Source: Solobacterium sp. (GTDB lineage: Bacteria; Bacillota_I; Bacilli_A; Erysipelotrichales; Erysipelotrichaceae). From it: a stretch of DNA of 64,000 bases. Location: contig JALCHG010000001.1 in assembly GCA_022644565.1 (NCBI GenBank), positions 132 through 64,131 of the forward strand, written 5' to 3'. This document shows, piece after piece, positions 18,733-29,326 of the stretch (positions are counted from its first letter, which is position 1; each line of letters begins with the position of its first letter). Made by a program: the position numbers and the translations under genes. A model generated the notes under the pieces. That model had not been told where the DNA came from. It saw only the letters and a program-made list of their open reading frames with translations, and made no database searches.

Positions 18733-19448
18733 TCTTACTGCCGGCAATTGATATTATCGACGGCCGTCCGGTCCGCCTCTATCAGGGTGACTATGCAAAA
18801 GCGGAACAGGTGGCGGAAGATGTAACGGCAACGGCGCTGCGTTTTAAGGCAGATGGCGCGAAGTATCTGCACTGTGTGGATCTGGATGGCGCCAAAGCAG
18901 GAAAGCGCATGAATGCGGCTGTGATCAAGGAAGCTGCTTTAAAGAGCGGTTTATCCACGGAAGTCGGAGGCGGCATCCGGACGATGGCAGATATTCAAGA
19001 TTATCTGAACAGCGGTATCGACCGGGTCATTCTGGGAACGGCTGCAGTAGAAGATGAAGCACTGCTCAAAGAAGCTCTGGCAAAGTATGGAAAGCGCATT
19101 GCCATCGGCATTGATGCAAGGGATGGCTTTGTACAGACAGCCGGATGGCTGGGCAGTACGTCTCTGGATTATGTCTGTTTTGCTAAGAAGATGGAGGCAA
19201 TGGGGGCACAGAATCTGATTGTAACGGATATCAGTAAAGACGGCACTTTAAGCGGACCGGCTTTTGCCATGTATGAAAAACTCAGGAAAGAAGTATATGT
19301 AAAGGTAACGGCAAGCGGCGGCATCCACAGCCTGGAGGATCTTCTCAAACTCAAAGCCATGGGGCTTGACGGGGCGATCCTTGGCAAGTCGCTGTATGCC
19401 GGTAAGATTGATCTGAAAGAAGCTCTTTCAAAGGTGGAAGCATGCTGA
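18729..19448 (+). CDS. hisA: ProFAR isomerase
   Basis: [38 protein letters not shown]. Confidence 0.96.
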   Translation: MILLPAIDIIDGRPVRLYQGDYAKAEQVAEDVTATALRFKADGAKYLHCVDLDGAKAGKRMNAAVIKEAALKSGLSTEVGGGIRTMADIQDYLNSGIDRVILGTAAVEDEALLKEALAKYGKRIAIGIDARDGFVQTAGWLGSTSLDYVCFAKKMEAMGAQNLIVTDISKDGTLSGPAFAMYEKLRKEVYVKVTASGGIHSLEDLLKLKAMGLDGAILGKSLYAGKIDLKEALSKVEAC

Positions 19449-20203
19449 CAAAAAGAATTATTCCCTGTCTTGATGTAAAGAATGGAAAGACAGTCAAAGG
19501 CATCAACTTTGTCGGTCTCAAAGAAGTAGGCGATCCGGTAGAGATGGCCCGGAAGTACTATGAACAGGGAGCGGATGAACTTGTTTTCCTGGATATAACC
19601 GCAACCAATGAAGGCCGTAAGACCATGGTGCAGGTCGTTGAAAAAGTGGCAGAGCAGATTTTCATGCCCTTTACCGTAGGCGGAGGCATCCGCAGCTGTG
19701 AGGATATCCGCAATCTTCTGTTAGCCGGGGCGGATAAGGTATCACTGAACTCGGCGGCGATCCGCAATCCTGACTTCATTAATGAAGGGGCGGAAGCCTT
19801 CGGCAGCCAGTGTATTGTATTAGCTGTCGATGGACGTAAAAGAAAAGACGGCAGCGGCTGGAATGTATTTATCAACGGCGGCAGGATTGATACCGGCATT
19901 GATGTGCTGGAATGGGTCAAAGAAGGCGTGAAAAGAGGCGCTGGTGAAATTCTTCTGACATCCATGGATACGGATGGAACAGAAGCCGGCTATGATCTGG
20001 CGATGCTGAAAGCTGTTCATGATGCGGTGGAAGTGCCGGTAATTGCTTCAGGCGGATGCGGCAAAGCAGAAGATATCTATGAAGTCTTCAGAGAAGATGC
20101 GGCTGATGCGGCTCTTGCGGCATCTCTGTTTCACTATGATCAGATGAAGATACAGGCTGTGAAACAGTATCTCAAAGAGAAAGGAATACCGGTAAGATTA
20201 TGA
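19442..20203 (+). CDS. hisF: Imidazole glycerol phosphate synthase, cyclase subunit
   Basis: [42 protein letters not shown]. Confidence 0.97.
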   Translation: MLTKRIIPCLDVKNGKTVKGINFVGLKEVGDPVEMARKYYEQGADELVFLDITATNEGRKTMVQVVEKVAEQIFMPFTVGGGIRSCEDIRNLLLAGADKVSLNSAAIRNPDFINEGAEAFGSQCIVLAVDGRKRKDGSGWNVFINGGRIDTGIDVLEWVKEGVKRGAGEILLTSMDTDGTEAGYDLAMLKAVHDAVEVPVIASGGCGKAEDIYEVFREDAADAALAASLFHYDQMKIQAVKQYLKEKGIPVRL

Positions 20204-20529
20204 TTGCGGTGGATTTTGCCAAAGGAAATGGTCTTGTGCCGTGTGTGGTACAGGACGCTGAAAGCGGACAGGTTCTGATGCTTGCGTATATGAATGAAGA
20301 AAGCCTGCAGAAAACGATGAAAACAGGTCTTGCCACCTACTGGAGCCGTTCCCGTCAGGAACTGTGGACCAAAGGCGAAACAAGCGGCCATTACCAGCAC
20401 GTCAGACAGATTCTGATTGACTGTGATGCGGATACGCTGTTACTCAAGGTAAAACAGGATGGAGCGGCATGTCATACCGGCAAGTACAGCTGTTTCTACA
20501 GAACCATAGAAGGAAAGGAAATATTATGA
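20200..20529 (+). CDS. hisI: Phosphoribosyl-AMP cyclohydrolase
   Basis: [43 protein letters not shown]. Confidence 0.96.
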   Translation: MIAVDFAKGNGLVPCVVQDAESGQVLMLAYMNEESLQKTMKTGLATYWSRSRQELWTKGETSGHYQHVRQILIDCDADTLLLKVKQDGAACHTGKYSCFYRTIEGKEIL

Positions 20530-20849
20530 CTGAACTGGAAAAAATGTATGAGACCATTCTGGAAAGAAAGGAAAATCCGGAAGTAGGAAGCTATACAAGC
20601 TATCTTTTTGATAAGGGACTGACCAAGATCCTGAAGAAAATAGGCGAAGAATCAACTGAGGTTGTCATTGCCTCTCTGGCTGAAGACAAGGATACGTTAG
20701 TCGGGGAACTCAACGATCTTGCCTATCATGTGCTTGTTCTGATGGCAGAAAAAGGCGTTACCCTGGAAGACTTTGACAAAGAAGCACAGAAGCGGGCTGA
20801 AAAGCAGCACAATCTCAAGCCGGAAAGAAGACCGATTACTAATCTTTGA
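20526..20849 (+). CDS. hisE: Phosphoribosyl-ATP pyrophosphohydrolase
   Basis: [28 protein letters not shown]; ATG 20526 overlaps the hisI stop. Confidence 0.95.
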   Translation: MTELEKMYETILERKENPEVGSYTSYLFDKGLTKILKKIGEESTEVVIASLAEDKDTLVGELNDLAYHVLVLMAEKGVTLEDFDKEAQKRAEKQHNLKPERRPITNL

Positions 20850-20889
20850 ATCCGGTTTTACGGTAAAATAGGAAAGAAAGAAGTGAAGT

Positions 20890-21537
20890 ATGGAACAGTT
20901 TCTTTTCCTGTTTGAAATTATCGGTACGGTGGCATTTGCCGTGTCCGGTGCGATTGCGGCCATTCACAGTGCCATGGACCTTTTCGGTGTCCTGATGCTT
21001 GGTATTATTACAGCTACGGCGGGAGGGGTTATCCGGGATATCATCCTGGGTACTTTTCCGCCGCAGGCTTTTATTCATCCGGTATATGTCGGTACGGCGG
21101 CTTTGACTTCACTTGCCGTATTTATTGTTTTTGCCCGCATGAATGATGCGGAAAGGGTGCTGGACAGCCCGCGCTACAGAAGACTCTTACTGATTTTTGA
21201 TTCGATCGGCCTTGCCGTATTTACCGTCACCGGCATGACCACAGCCATGCATGTCCATGGTGCGGATAACGGCTTTCTGGTGGTGTTTTCCGGGGTCATG
21301 TCAGGGGTTGGCGGCGGCGTACTTCGCGATATGATGCTTGGCGGCATGCCGGTGATTTTCCGCAAACAGATTTATGCGGTTGCGTCCATCATCGGCGGTC
21401 TGACTGCCTGGCTTTTCTTTGTCAACGGCTATATCTTTGCCGGTGAAATTGCCGGTTCAGCTGCGGTGTTTGCCATACGGCTGCTGGCGGTTCATTATCG
21501 CTGGAGTCTGCCGCGGATTGAAAGGAGGTCAGAATGA
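20890..21537 (+). CDS. Trimeric intracellular cation channel family (YadS/UPF0126) membrane protein
   Basis: GTVAFAVSGA, MDLFGV, GGVIRDII, DSIGLAVF, GGGVLRDMM tandem repeat halves. Confidence 0.9.
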   Translation: MEQFLFLFEIIGTVAFAVSGAIAAIHSAMDLFGVLMLGIITATAGGVIRDIILGTFPPQAFIHPVYVGTAALTSLAVFIVFARMNDAERVLDSPRYRRLLLIFDSIGLAVFTVTGMTTAMHVHGADNGFLVVFSGVMSGVGGGVLRDMMLGGMPVIFRKQIYAVASIIGGLTAWLFFVNGYIFAGEIAGSAAVFAIRLLAVHYRWSLPRIERRSE

Positions 21538-22682
21538 ATATTTTTGATTATCTGGACTGGCGCGGGGATATTCCCTTTGCCGTCGATCCCTTCAATTATG
21601 TGGATAATCTTGTCTTAAGCGAACTTGCCTATGCCCGCTTGAAAGATGTTCTGACAAATGAAAATACCGTTCTTTCCATTGAAGAGCTGGCCCGCCGTTT
21701 CTTTTCCCTGCATACGCAGGAAGAGATTGAAAAAGGCAGCGGCTATACAGCCAGGGCGCCTCTGCTGTTATTGAAGATGGCGCATTCCGGCCGCTATGGC
21801 GGAACGAAGGTATTTGCCCATATTGATATTCTGAAACCGGAGAAAACGGAACAGATGTCAGCGGTGTCCTTCCTTCTGCCGGATCATACAGTCTATGCTG
21901 CCTACCGCGGTACAGACAGCTCTATTGCGGCATGGAAAGAAGATTTCATGCTGAGCTATCTTGACCGTACCCCAGGACAGGTCAGGGCTGAGGAGTATCT
22001 GAACCGCCACTTTACAAGAGGTATGCTTCCCTTAAGAGTCGGCGGCCACTCCAAAGGCGGCAACTTTGCCGTCTATGCGGCCGTCAAAGCGGATGAAGCG
22101 GTCAGAAAGCGGATCATTCAGGTGTATTCCAATGACGGTCCGGGATTCCGGCAGGCTTTTATTGAAAGTGAAGCGTATCAGAACACTCTGCCGAAAATTA
22201 TCAGTATCATCCCGGCCAGTTCCATGATCGGCCAGTGTATGGAAAATGAATATGTGCATCTGATTGTCAGAAGTGACAATGAGGGTATCAACCAGCATGA
22301 TGCTTTATCCTGGCAGGTAATGCGCAATCACTTTGTGGAAGCATCGGAGCGTACATCCGAGAGCTATTTCTTTGACCGTACGATACGCCATTGGATTGAA
22401 GGCATATCGGATGAAGACCGCAGACAGTTTGTCGATTCGCTGTTTTCCTTCTATGAGGCAACCGGCAAGCAGACGATGACAGAGGTGAAGAAGATCGATC
22501 CCTGGACATCCATGAAAGTTGTTTTGAATCATCTCAACAGCATGGACAGGGATGAGCAGCGTCAGTTCATTGAGATCCTTCTCAAACTGGTGAGATCCGC
22601 CAATCTTGTTCTGACGGAAGAAGCTCAGGCAAATATTCATTCCTTTATAGAAAGCAGAAAGGAAAACAGGCAGAAAGCGTGA
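21534..22682 (+). CDS. DUF2974 (Mbeg1-like) alpha/beta hydrolase
   Basis: MNIFDYLDWRGD, FNYVDNLVLSELAY, AYRGTDSSIAAWKEDF, GGHSKGGN, DGPGF. Confidence 0.9.
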   Translation: MNIFDYLDWRGDIPFAVDPFNYVDNLVLSELAYARLKDVLTNENTVLSIEELARRFFSLHTQEEIEKGSGYTARAPLLLLKMAHSGRYGGTKVFAHIDILKPEKTEQMSAVSFLLPDHTVYAAYRGTDSSIAAWKEDFMLSYLDRTPGQVRAEEYLNRHFTRGMLPLRVGGHSKGGNFAVYAAVKADEAVRKRIIQVYSNDGPGFRQAFIESEAYQNTLPKIISIIPASSMIGQCMENEYVHLIVRSDNEGINQHDALSWQVMRNHFVEASERTSESYFFDRTIRHWIEGISDEDRRQFVDSLFSFYEATGKQTMTEVKKIDPWTSMKVVLNHLNSMDRDEQRQFIEILLKLVRSANLVLTEEAQANIHSFIESRKENRQKA

Positions 22683-22712
22683 GCTCTCTGCCTGTTTTAC
22701 ATCAAAGATGAA

Positions 22713-23792
22713 TCACTCATCACCGAAGGAAATGCCGATGAACTTGGCTTCCTTGATGATCTCCGCATTCGGGTCGAGGGTCTTGAGCTTGCCGGCGACA
22801 TCCTTCAGCGGTACCTTGATCATTTCTCTGTTCTTATAGCCGACCATGAAGCCGAACTTCTTCTGCAGAATCAGCCTGGCCGCTTCTGCACCAAGACGGG
22901 ACGCAAATACTCTGTCATAGGCAACCGGTGTGCCGCCTCTCTGGATATGACCGGGCACCGTAACTCTGACCTCACGTCCGGTACGCTTGGTGATCTGATC
23001 TGCCAGTTCATAGGAAACAGAAGGGAAGGCATACTTTTCCAGCTTCTTGCGGTATTCCTTCTTGGGCAGCTGGGCATCTGCCTTGGAAATGGCGCCTTCT
23101 GCTACGGCAATGATGGTGAAGCGTTTGCCGGACTTGTCACGCTCTTCAATGACACGGATGATATTTTCCAGATCATATGGAATCTCCGGCAGCAGGATGA
23201 TATCCGCACCGCCGGCAATACCGGCATTCAACGGCAGCCAGCCGACCTTGTGGCCCATGACTTCGACAATAAAGACACGGCCGTGGGAAGAAGCAGTAGT
23301 ATGAATTTCATCAATACATCTGGTCGCAATATCAACAGCGGACTGGAAGCCGAAGGTCATATCAGTGCCCCAGAGATCATTATCAATTGTCTTAGGCAGA
23401 GTAATGACATTGAGGCCTTCTTCACTCAACAGATTGGCCGTCTTGGTAGAGCCGTTGCCGCCCAGCATCACCAGGCAGTCCAGCTGCAGCTTGAAGTATG
23501 TCTGCTTCATGCATTCCACTTTATCTCTGCCATCCGGCAGCGGATCATGAATTTCCTTGAAAGGCGTACGGCTTGTGCCAAGGATTGTACCGCCTACGGT
23601 AAGGATGTTGGAGAAGTCATCATCCGTCAGAAGTCTGAATCTGGAATTGATGAGACCTTTATAGCCATCCTCAAAACCATAGAACTCTACCGGCTCCTTG
23701 GCATTGTTCATGACGCCCTTGAATACACCGCGCATGGCAGCGTTGAGCGCCTGGCAGTCGCCGCCGCTTGTTAACATACCGATTCTCAGCAT
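22713..23792 (-). CDS. pfkA: 6-phosphofructokinase
   Basis: LTSGGDCQALN, GGTILGTSR, GGNGS, PKTIDND, EVMGH, GHIQRGG. Confidence 0.93.
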   Translation of the reverse strand: MLRIGMLTSGGDCQALNAAMRGVFKGVMNNAKEPVEFYGFEDGYKGLINSRFRLLTDDDFSNILTVGGTILGTSRTPFKEIHDPLPDGRDKVECMKQTYFKLQLDCLVMLGGNGSTKTANLLSEEGLNVITLPKTIDNDLWGTDMTFGFQSAVDIATRCIDEIHTTASSHGRVFIVEVMGHKVGWLPLNAGIAGGADIILLPEIPYDLENIIRVIEERDKSGKRFTIIAVAEGAISKADAQLPKKEYRKKLEKYAFPSVSYELADQITKRTGREVRVTVPGHIQRGGTPVAYDRVFASRLGAEAARLILQKKFGFMVGYKNREMIKVPLKDVAGKLKTLDPNAEIIKEAKFIGISFGDE

Positions 23793-23902
23793 TTTCTATT
23801 TTTCCTCCATTACTGAACACGTAATTCTTAAATCTATTTTATGTCATGAAAGCAAATACAACAAGAACAGAAAAGGCCTCCGACAGCGGAGGCCGATCAT
23901 AT

Positions 23903-24610
23903 TTACAAACGTGCTGTTTCCAGCGCAATCTTCATCATATTGGTGAATGAGTTCTGTCTTTCTTCCGGGGTTGTCTCGGCATGGGTGACTAGACTGTCGC
24001 TGATCGTCAGCAGGCAGGCAGCATTTTTATTAAGCAGTCTTGCGTTATTGAAAAGGGCAAAGCTTTCCATTTCCACGGCCAGACAATGGTGGTCTGTAAC
24101 ACCTTTCATATAGGTGTCATTGGTGTGATAGAACACATCAGAGGAATGAATGGTGCCAAGATGCAGCGGGATGTTCAGGCTGTCTGCTGCTTTCTGGATT
24201 CTGGCATTGAGAGCAGCTGAAGCCGGTACCGTATCATCTGTATACCCATCCAGTACTTTGGCATAGCTGCTTTCACTGTAAGCAGCTGAAGCCAGCACAA
24301 CATCATACAGATTGAGTTCGGTGGTATAGGTGCCGGCGGAGCCGACGCGGATGATATTGTCGACATCATAGAACTTGAACAGCTCATAGGAATAGATGCC
24401 GATGGCCGGCATGCCCATACCGCTGGCCATGACGGTGACCGGGGTTCCTTTATAGGTGCCGGTATAGCCCTGTACGCCTCTGACGTTATTGACAAGAACC
24501 GGGTTTTCCAGGAATGTTTCAGCGATGAACCGGGAGCGCAGCGGGTCGCCCGGCATTAATACGGTGCGGGCGATTTCTTCCCGCTTGGCTTCATTATGGG
24601 GTGTAGACAT
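23903..24610 (-). CDS. deoD: Purine-nucleoside phosphorylase
   Basis: MSTPHNEA, MPGDPLRS, NNVRG, GMGMPAIGIY, IRVGSAG, VEMES. Confidence 0.96.
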   Translation of the reverse strand: MSTPHNEAKREEIARTVLMPGDPLRSRFIAETFLENPVLVNNVRGVQGYTGTYKGTPVTVMASGMGMPAIGIYSYELFKFYDVDNIIRVGSAGTYTTELNLYDVVLASAAYSESSYAKVLDGYTDDTVPASAALNARIQKAADSLNIPLHLGTIHSSDVFYHTNDTYMKGVTDHHCLAVEMESFALFNNARLLNKNAACLLTISDSLVTHAETTPEERQNSFTNMMKIALETARL

Positions 24611-24714
24611 AGATTTTATTTTCTCCTTCTTATTGCAGAATCAAGTATAGCATAGCGCTTACATTGCAAAAAAGGACAGAAAAGGGGACCATCCGAAGAT
24701 GGTCCCCGTGTGTT

Positions 24715-25935
24715 TCAGTGCTTAGTGCCTTTGGCGCCTTTGACGCCGGATTCAGAATAGGAGGAAAGCAGGTTGGAATCATAAGAGAAGATCATGCGGG
24801 ATCTTCTTCTTTCTCTGTCAAGCGCCTGCTGCACAAGCGTATCCATCAGTTGCGGGAAGGAAACGCCGCTGGCTTCCCACAGGTAGTAGGCAAGGGAGCC
24901 CGGAATGGTGTTGATTTCATTGACATAGACGTGTTTTGTTTCCGCATCCATCATGAAGTCGATCCGGCATACACCGGAGCACTGCAGGCATCTGAACGTC
25001 TCCAGGGCATATTTCTGAATGAGCCTGGTGGACTCTTCATCAATCGGAGCCGGTACGCGTCTTGCGGTAGATGCCATGCCTTTTGAAGCGCCGGAAGTCT
25101 TGGCGCCGCCTTTCTTGGCACCGCCGCCCATGTACTTGTCCTTGAAGTCCAGCATGTTGTCGCCTTCCGTCTGCTTGGTGACTTCTTCCAGGACGGAAGC
25201 TTTTGCATGGTGCTTATCACCCAGGACAGAGCAGTTGATTTCCCGCATCGGATGAATGACTTTTTCCGTGATGACCTTTTCATCATACTGTCTAGTATCT
25301 TCAAAGCAGCTCAGATATTCTTCATCATTATGGGCAATGGCAATGCCTACGGAAGAACCGGTACGGCTCGGTTTGAGAATGACCGGGTAGCCGATCTGAT
25401 GTACTTTCTTCAGGATCTCTTCCTGATGTTCTTCCAGTTCATCGCTGTAGACATAGAACCAGTCTGCCATCGGCAGGCCGTTGTCTCTGAGGATGTTCTT
25501 CATCAGAACCTTATCCTGACCGACCGCCGCACCATACAGATCACACCCGGCATACGGCACTTTCAGCATTTCCAGAAATCCCTGGATGGTGCCGTCTTCC
25601 CCGTTAGTACCATGCATGATCGGAATGGCCACATCAATGGTGCCAAGTTCCTTTTTGCCGAATAAGGATGTCTTTACCGGCAGGATGACCACCCGGTTGT
25701 CCACATTGGCCAAAGTGACCTGGGTGCACTTGGCGACAAGACCATTGAGGTCTTTGTAGTTCTTCATGTCATTGAGCAGTTCAGACACGTAGAGCTTTCT
25801 GTTTTTAGCGACATAGATCGGAATAACGTTGTATTTGTTTCTGTCCATGGCTTCCATAGCCTGGTGGGCAGAGATAATGGATACTTCATGTTCAACGGAT
25901 TCACCGCCGAAAAATACTGCTGCGTTGAGTTTCAT
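24715..25935 (-). CDS. ddl: D-alanine--D-alanine ligase family protein
   Basis: FGGESVEHEVS, HGTNGEDG, KPSRTGSSVGI, omega loop DFKDKY, NEINTIPG. Confidence 0.9.
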   Translation of the reverse strand: MKLNAAVFFGGESVEHEVSIISAHQAMEAMDRNKYNVIPIYVAKNRKLYVSELLNDMKNYKDLNGLVAKCTQVTLANVDNRVVILPVKTSLFGKKELGTIDVAIPIMHGTNGEDGTIQGFLEMLKVPYAGCDLYGAAVGQDKVLMKNILRDNGLPMADWFYVYSDELEEHQEEILKKVHQIGYPVILKPSRTGSSVGIAIAHNDEEYLSCFEDTRQYDEKVITEKVIHPMREINCSVLGDKHHAKASVLEEVTKQTEGDNMLDFKDKYMGGGAKKGGAKTSGASKGMASTARRVPAPIDEESTRLIQKYALETFRCLQCSGVCRIDFMMDAETKHVYVNEINTIPGSLAYYLWEASGVSFPQLMDTLVQQALDRERRRSRMIFSYDSNLLSSYSESGVKGAKGTKH

Positions 25936-26130
25936 GTAAAAAAATGCCTCCGGGCTTCATTATAGCGTATTTGTCTGTTCAGTTTGACAGGAAATACGTG
26001 CAATATCACAATGTACAGGACTGAAATGCTGTTTTGACGCTGTGAGCAAACTGTCACAGCCAGGCTTTCTGCCCTCAGCAGATGCAAAGTGTATAATGGC
26101 ATCGCAGAAGAAAGGAGCGTACGTATATAC

Positions 26131-27417
26131 ATGAAGAAAGCACTCGTACTGGCGGGCGGAGGCACCCGTGGGGCTTACCAGGCCGGGGCGATCCGGGCCT
26201 GCATGGAAATGGGAAGAGATGACTGGGATCTTGTGACCGGTGTATCGGTAGGAGCTCTCAACGCGGCACTTGTGGTACAGGGAGATATCGACGGGATGAT
26301 CGATATGTATGATCATCTTTCCATGTCACAGATCATCAACGGGGCAAATCCGCTGGATTTCAATCTGAATACACTCATGAAAGACAAGGAAATGCAGCAG
26401 ACCTTCCTTGCCTACATCAAAGACCGGGGACTGGATATTTCTCCTTTTATTCAATACGTACATGAAAAATACAACCCTGAGAAATTCTTCGCTTCCCGCA
26501 TGGATTTTGGTCTGATCACCGCTACCCGCAAAGGCCATGAAGGCGTCTATGTCAATAAGGCCATGATGAAGGAACATGGCGAGGACTGGCTGATTGCCAG
26601 TGCCTCAGCCTATCCGGCTTTTCCGGTGAAGGTGATTGACGGGGTGGAGTATATTGACGGAGGCTATTTTGACAACTGTCCCATTGACTATGCCCTGCGC
26701 ATGGGGGCAGAGGATGTGCTGGTCCTGGATATGAACCATGATCCCAACCATCCCAACATGATCCGCCGTTCCAACATCCATTATGTCTATCCCAAGAGTG
26801 AAACCGGGGATTTCCTGGATTTCTCCCATGAGAAGATCGTTCATCTGTATAAGCTCGGGGCAAATGATGTCCGCAAGATCTATGGTGTATATATGGGGCT
26901 GAAGTATACATTGCAGCCCTATGGCATGCCGCGGTTTTTCAAGCGCTGGTATATTGAAATGGAAAAGCTTGAGACACGCATCAAGCTTGCCAGCAATATC
27001 AATGACCGGTTCCGCTCAGACCAGCTGATCACCGACCGTATTAAAGAAATCACGCGTCTGCCGTATCTGACGGACAGAGATTATTTTGAAGCGATGCTGG
27101 ATCAGTGCCTGGATCTTGCCGGGGCGGATGAAGAGAAAGTATTTACGCTGGAAGAGGCCCGCAATATTGTCTTTGCGGCCTTTGCGGACTGTGTCAATGA
27201 GAACTATGTTTCCCATAAGGCATCATTACTGGATAAAGCGCGGTTTGTCGGCGGGATGGATCATAAGAGTGTCATCAGCCATATGGTTCATGCGGCCTTC
27301 TATCCGGATCATCAGTTCTTTTCCGAGAATACGATTCTGACGCTGTATCCGTTTGAACAGTCCATTGCGGATTTTATTGTGATGTGGATGAAGGAGTTTT
27401 CCTTCCAGAACAGATAA
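26131..27417 (+). CDS. Patatin-like phospholipase
   Basis: LAGGGTRG, GVSVG, DGG motifs; start at ATG 26131 after AAAGGAG. Confidence 0.9.
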   Translation: MKKALVLAGGGTRGAYQAGAIRACMEMGRDDWDLVTGVSVGALNAALVVQGDIDGMIDMYDHLSMSQIINGANPLDFNLNTLMKDKEMQQTFLAYIKDRGLDISPFIQYVHEKYNPEKFFASRMDFGLITATRKGHEGVYVNKAMMKEHGEDWLIASASAYPAFPVKVIDGVEYIDGGYFDNCPIDYALRMGAEDVLVLDMNHDPNHPNMIRRSNIHYVYPKSETGDFLDFSHEKIVHLYKLGANDVRKIYGVYMGLKYTLQPYGMPRFFKRWYIEMEKLETRIKLASNINDRFRSDQLITDRIKEITRLPYLTDRDYFEAMLDQCLDLAGADEEKVFTLEEARNIVFAAFADCVNENYVSHKASLLDKARFVGGMDHKSVISHMVHAAFYPDHQFFSENTILTLYPFEQSIADFIVMWMKEFSFQNR

Positions 27418-27426
27418 GGAGAGAAA

Positions 27427-27930
27427 ATGGAAACAGCAGGACGCTTTGAACTTGTGTCACAGGAAGAGTTCATCAAAGACAGCAGAGGACTTCTCAAAGG
27501 AAATCCGCTGGAAATTTATCAGAATCTGAAGCTGCCGCGGCGGGCCACGGCAGGATCGGCTGGCTATGATTTCTTCCTGCCGGAAGAGATAGAAGTGAAG
27601 CCCGGGCAGACCATCACGATACCGACCGGAATCCGTGTTAAAATGAGACGGGATTATGTACTGCTTCTGATGCCGAGAAGTTCGCTCGGGTTCAGATACA
27701 GAATGCAGCTGAATAATACCGTCGGTGTGATAGACAGTGATTATTACCATGCGGACAATGAAGGACATATCTTTGCCCGCATCACCAATGACACCAATCA
27801 GGATCAGACCATGTCTCTATCCGCCGGTACGGCTTTTCTGCAGGGCATCTTCATGCCGTACGGCATTGCGGAAGATGATGATGCAACTGCACAGCGTACC
27901 GGAGGCATCGGCAGTACAGACCGTCATTAA
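27427..27930 (+). CDS. dut: dUTP diphosphatase
   Basis: RATAGSAGYD, PRSSLG, GVIDSDY, QGIF, RTGGIGST. Confidence 0.93.
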   Translation: METAGRFELVSQEEFIKDSRGLLKGNPLEIYQNLKLPRRATAGSAGYDFFLPEEIEVKPGQTITIPTGIRVKMRRDYVLLLMPRSSLGFRYRMQLNNTVGVIDSDYYHADNEGHIFARITNDTNQDQTMSLSAGTAFLQGIFMPYGIAEDDDATAQRTGGIGSTDRH

Positions 27931-27946
27931 TTAGAAAGAAGTGTAT

Positions 27947-28813
27947 ATGAGCAAGGAAGAAGAAGTAAAACAGGCATACAGCTATTTCAAAACAGAACCG
28001 CTGTCTGAAGACCTGCAGGAAAAGCTGGCCATCGAACAGAGACATCATAGGGAAATACCGGATCCTGAACTGATCAAAAGACCCAGTCAGATTGCCGGCA
28101 TCCGGGAAGCAGGACGCATCAACTCACTTGTGCTGGATGCCGTGTCGAAAGGCATTCATGAAGGCATGAGCACCCAGGATATTGATGATATTGTCATGAA
28201 TACAACAAAAGCGCTGGGCGGGGAATGTGCCTGCCTTGGCTATGAAGGCTTCCCGAAAGCTGTCTGCACTTCCATCAATGATGAAGTGTGCCATGGCATT
28301 CCGGCCCGTCACAGAAAGCTCAGAGACGGCGATATCATCAATGTGGACTGCACAACCTACTATAAGGGATATTATGGCGATGCCTCCCGGATGTATATGA
28401 TCGGGGAAGTATCGGAAGAAAGAAGAAGACTTGTCGAAGAGACAAAGAAGTGCATGGAGATCGGCATTGAAGCGGCTCAGCCCTGGCATACGGTAGGGGA
28501 TATCGGTGCGGCGATTGCCAAATATGCCCATAAGCAGGGCTATTCGGTAGTCAGAGAGCTGGGCGGACATGGCGTCGGCATGGAGATTCATGAAGATCCG
28601 TTTGTTGCCCATATTGCCAAGGCCCATACGGGGATGCTGCTAGTGCCGGGCATGGTGATTACGGTTGAACCTATGATCAATGCCGGCAAGGCAGCGGTCT
28701 ACATCGATGCCTATAATGACTGGACGATCTATACAAAAGATAAGAGTGACTCGGCCCAGTGGGAACATACCATTCTCATTACTGAGAACGGCAATGAAAT
28801 ACTTTCGGAATAA
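27947..28813 (+). CDS. map: Methionine aminopeptidase type I
   Basis: CTSINDEVCHGIP, DIINVD, GDASR, GGHGVG, HEDP, EPMIN, QWEHT. Confidence 0.95.
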   Translation: MSKEEEVKQAYSYFKTEPLSEDLQEKLAIEQRHHREIPDPELIKRPSQIAGIREAGRINSLVLDAVSKGIHEGMSTQDIDDIVMNTTKALGGECACLGYEGFPKAVCTSINDEVCHGIPARHRKLRDGDIINVDCTTYYKGYYGDASRMYMIGEVSEERRRLVEETKKCMEIGIEAAQPWHTVGDIGAAIAKYAHKQGYSVVRELGGHGVGMEIHEDPFVAHIAKAHTGMLLVPGMVITVEPMINAGKAAVYIDAYNDWTIYTKDKSDSAQWEHTILITENGNEILSE

Positions 28814-28816
28814 GGT

Positions 28817-29311
28817 ATGACGCTGGCAGAGAAAAGACGTTCCATCCGCTCCTTTACCGCCGAACCCGTAAGTCAGGAAGATATAAGCGCCCTGATGGAG
28901 GCTGCAGTTCTTTCACCCAGCGCCATGAATGAACAGCCCTGGTTCTTTGTTCTGATTACAAGAAGCGATATCATTCATCAGATTGAAGCCCTGCATGAGC
29001 CGGCAGGAGACTGTCATGAGGCACCATTGCTGTGGATCGGCTTTGCAGGAAATGAAGGCATTGCGCCGGATACGGATACCGTGCTTGCCTTAAGCAGCGT
29101 GATGTATGCCTGCACAGAAAGAGGACTCGGATCATGCTGGATCGGTTTTGTACAGGAAGTCATGAACTGTCCGGCCTATCGTAAACTCAGTACAGCCCTG
29201 GGGGTGCCGGAAGGCTTCCATTGTGCCGGAGCGCTTGCCATCGGTCATCCTTCTGAAAAGAAAGAAGTGCCTGAAGATCGCCGCAGAGATGTTTTTTCCA
29301 TTATTTCTTAA
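28817..29311 (+). CDS. Nitroreductase family protein
   Basis: KRRSIRSFT, PSAMNEQPW, GLGSCWIG, ALAIGHP. Confidence 0.88.
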   Translation: MTLAEKRRSIRSFTAEPVSQEDISALMEAAVLSPSAMNEQPWFFVLITRSDIIHQIEALHEPAGDCHEAPLLWIGFAGNEGIAPDTDTVLALSSVMYACTERGLGSCWIGFVQEVMNCPAYRKLSTALGVPEGFHCAGALAIGHPSEKKEVPEDRRRDVFSIIS

Positions 29312-29326
29312 TAGAGGATATTTTTT

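Noticed and set aside
24715-25935. Idea that Ddl is a D-Ala-D-lactate ligase fed by LarA (vancomycin resistance)
   Set aside because: The omega loop reads DFKDKY, keeping the Tyr typical of D-Ala-D-Ala ligases rather than the Phe of lactic-acid-bacteria D-Ala-D-Lac ligases. The genes are also ~18 kb apart.
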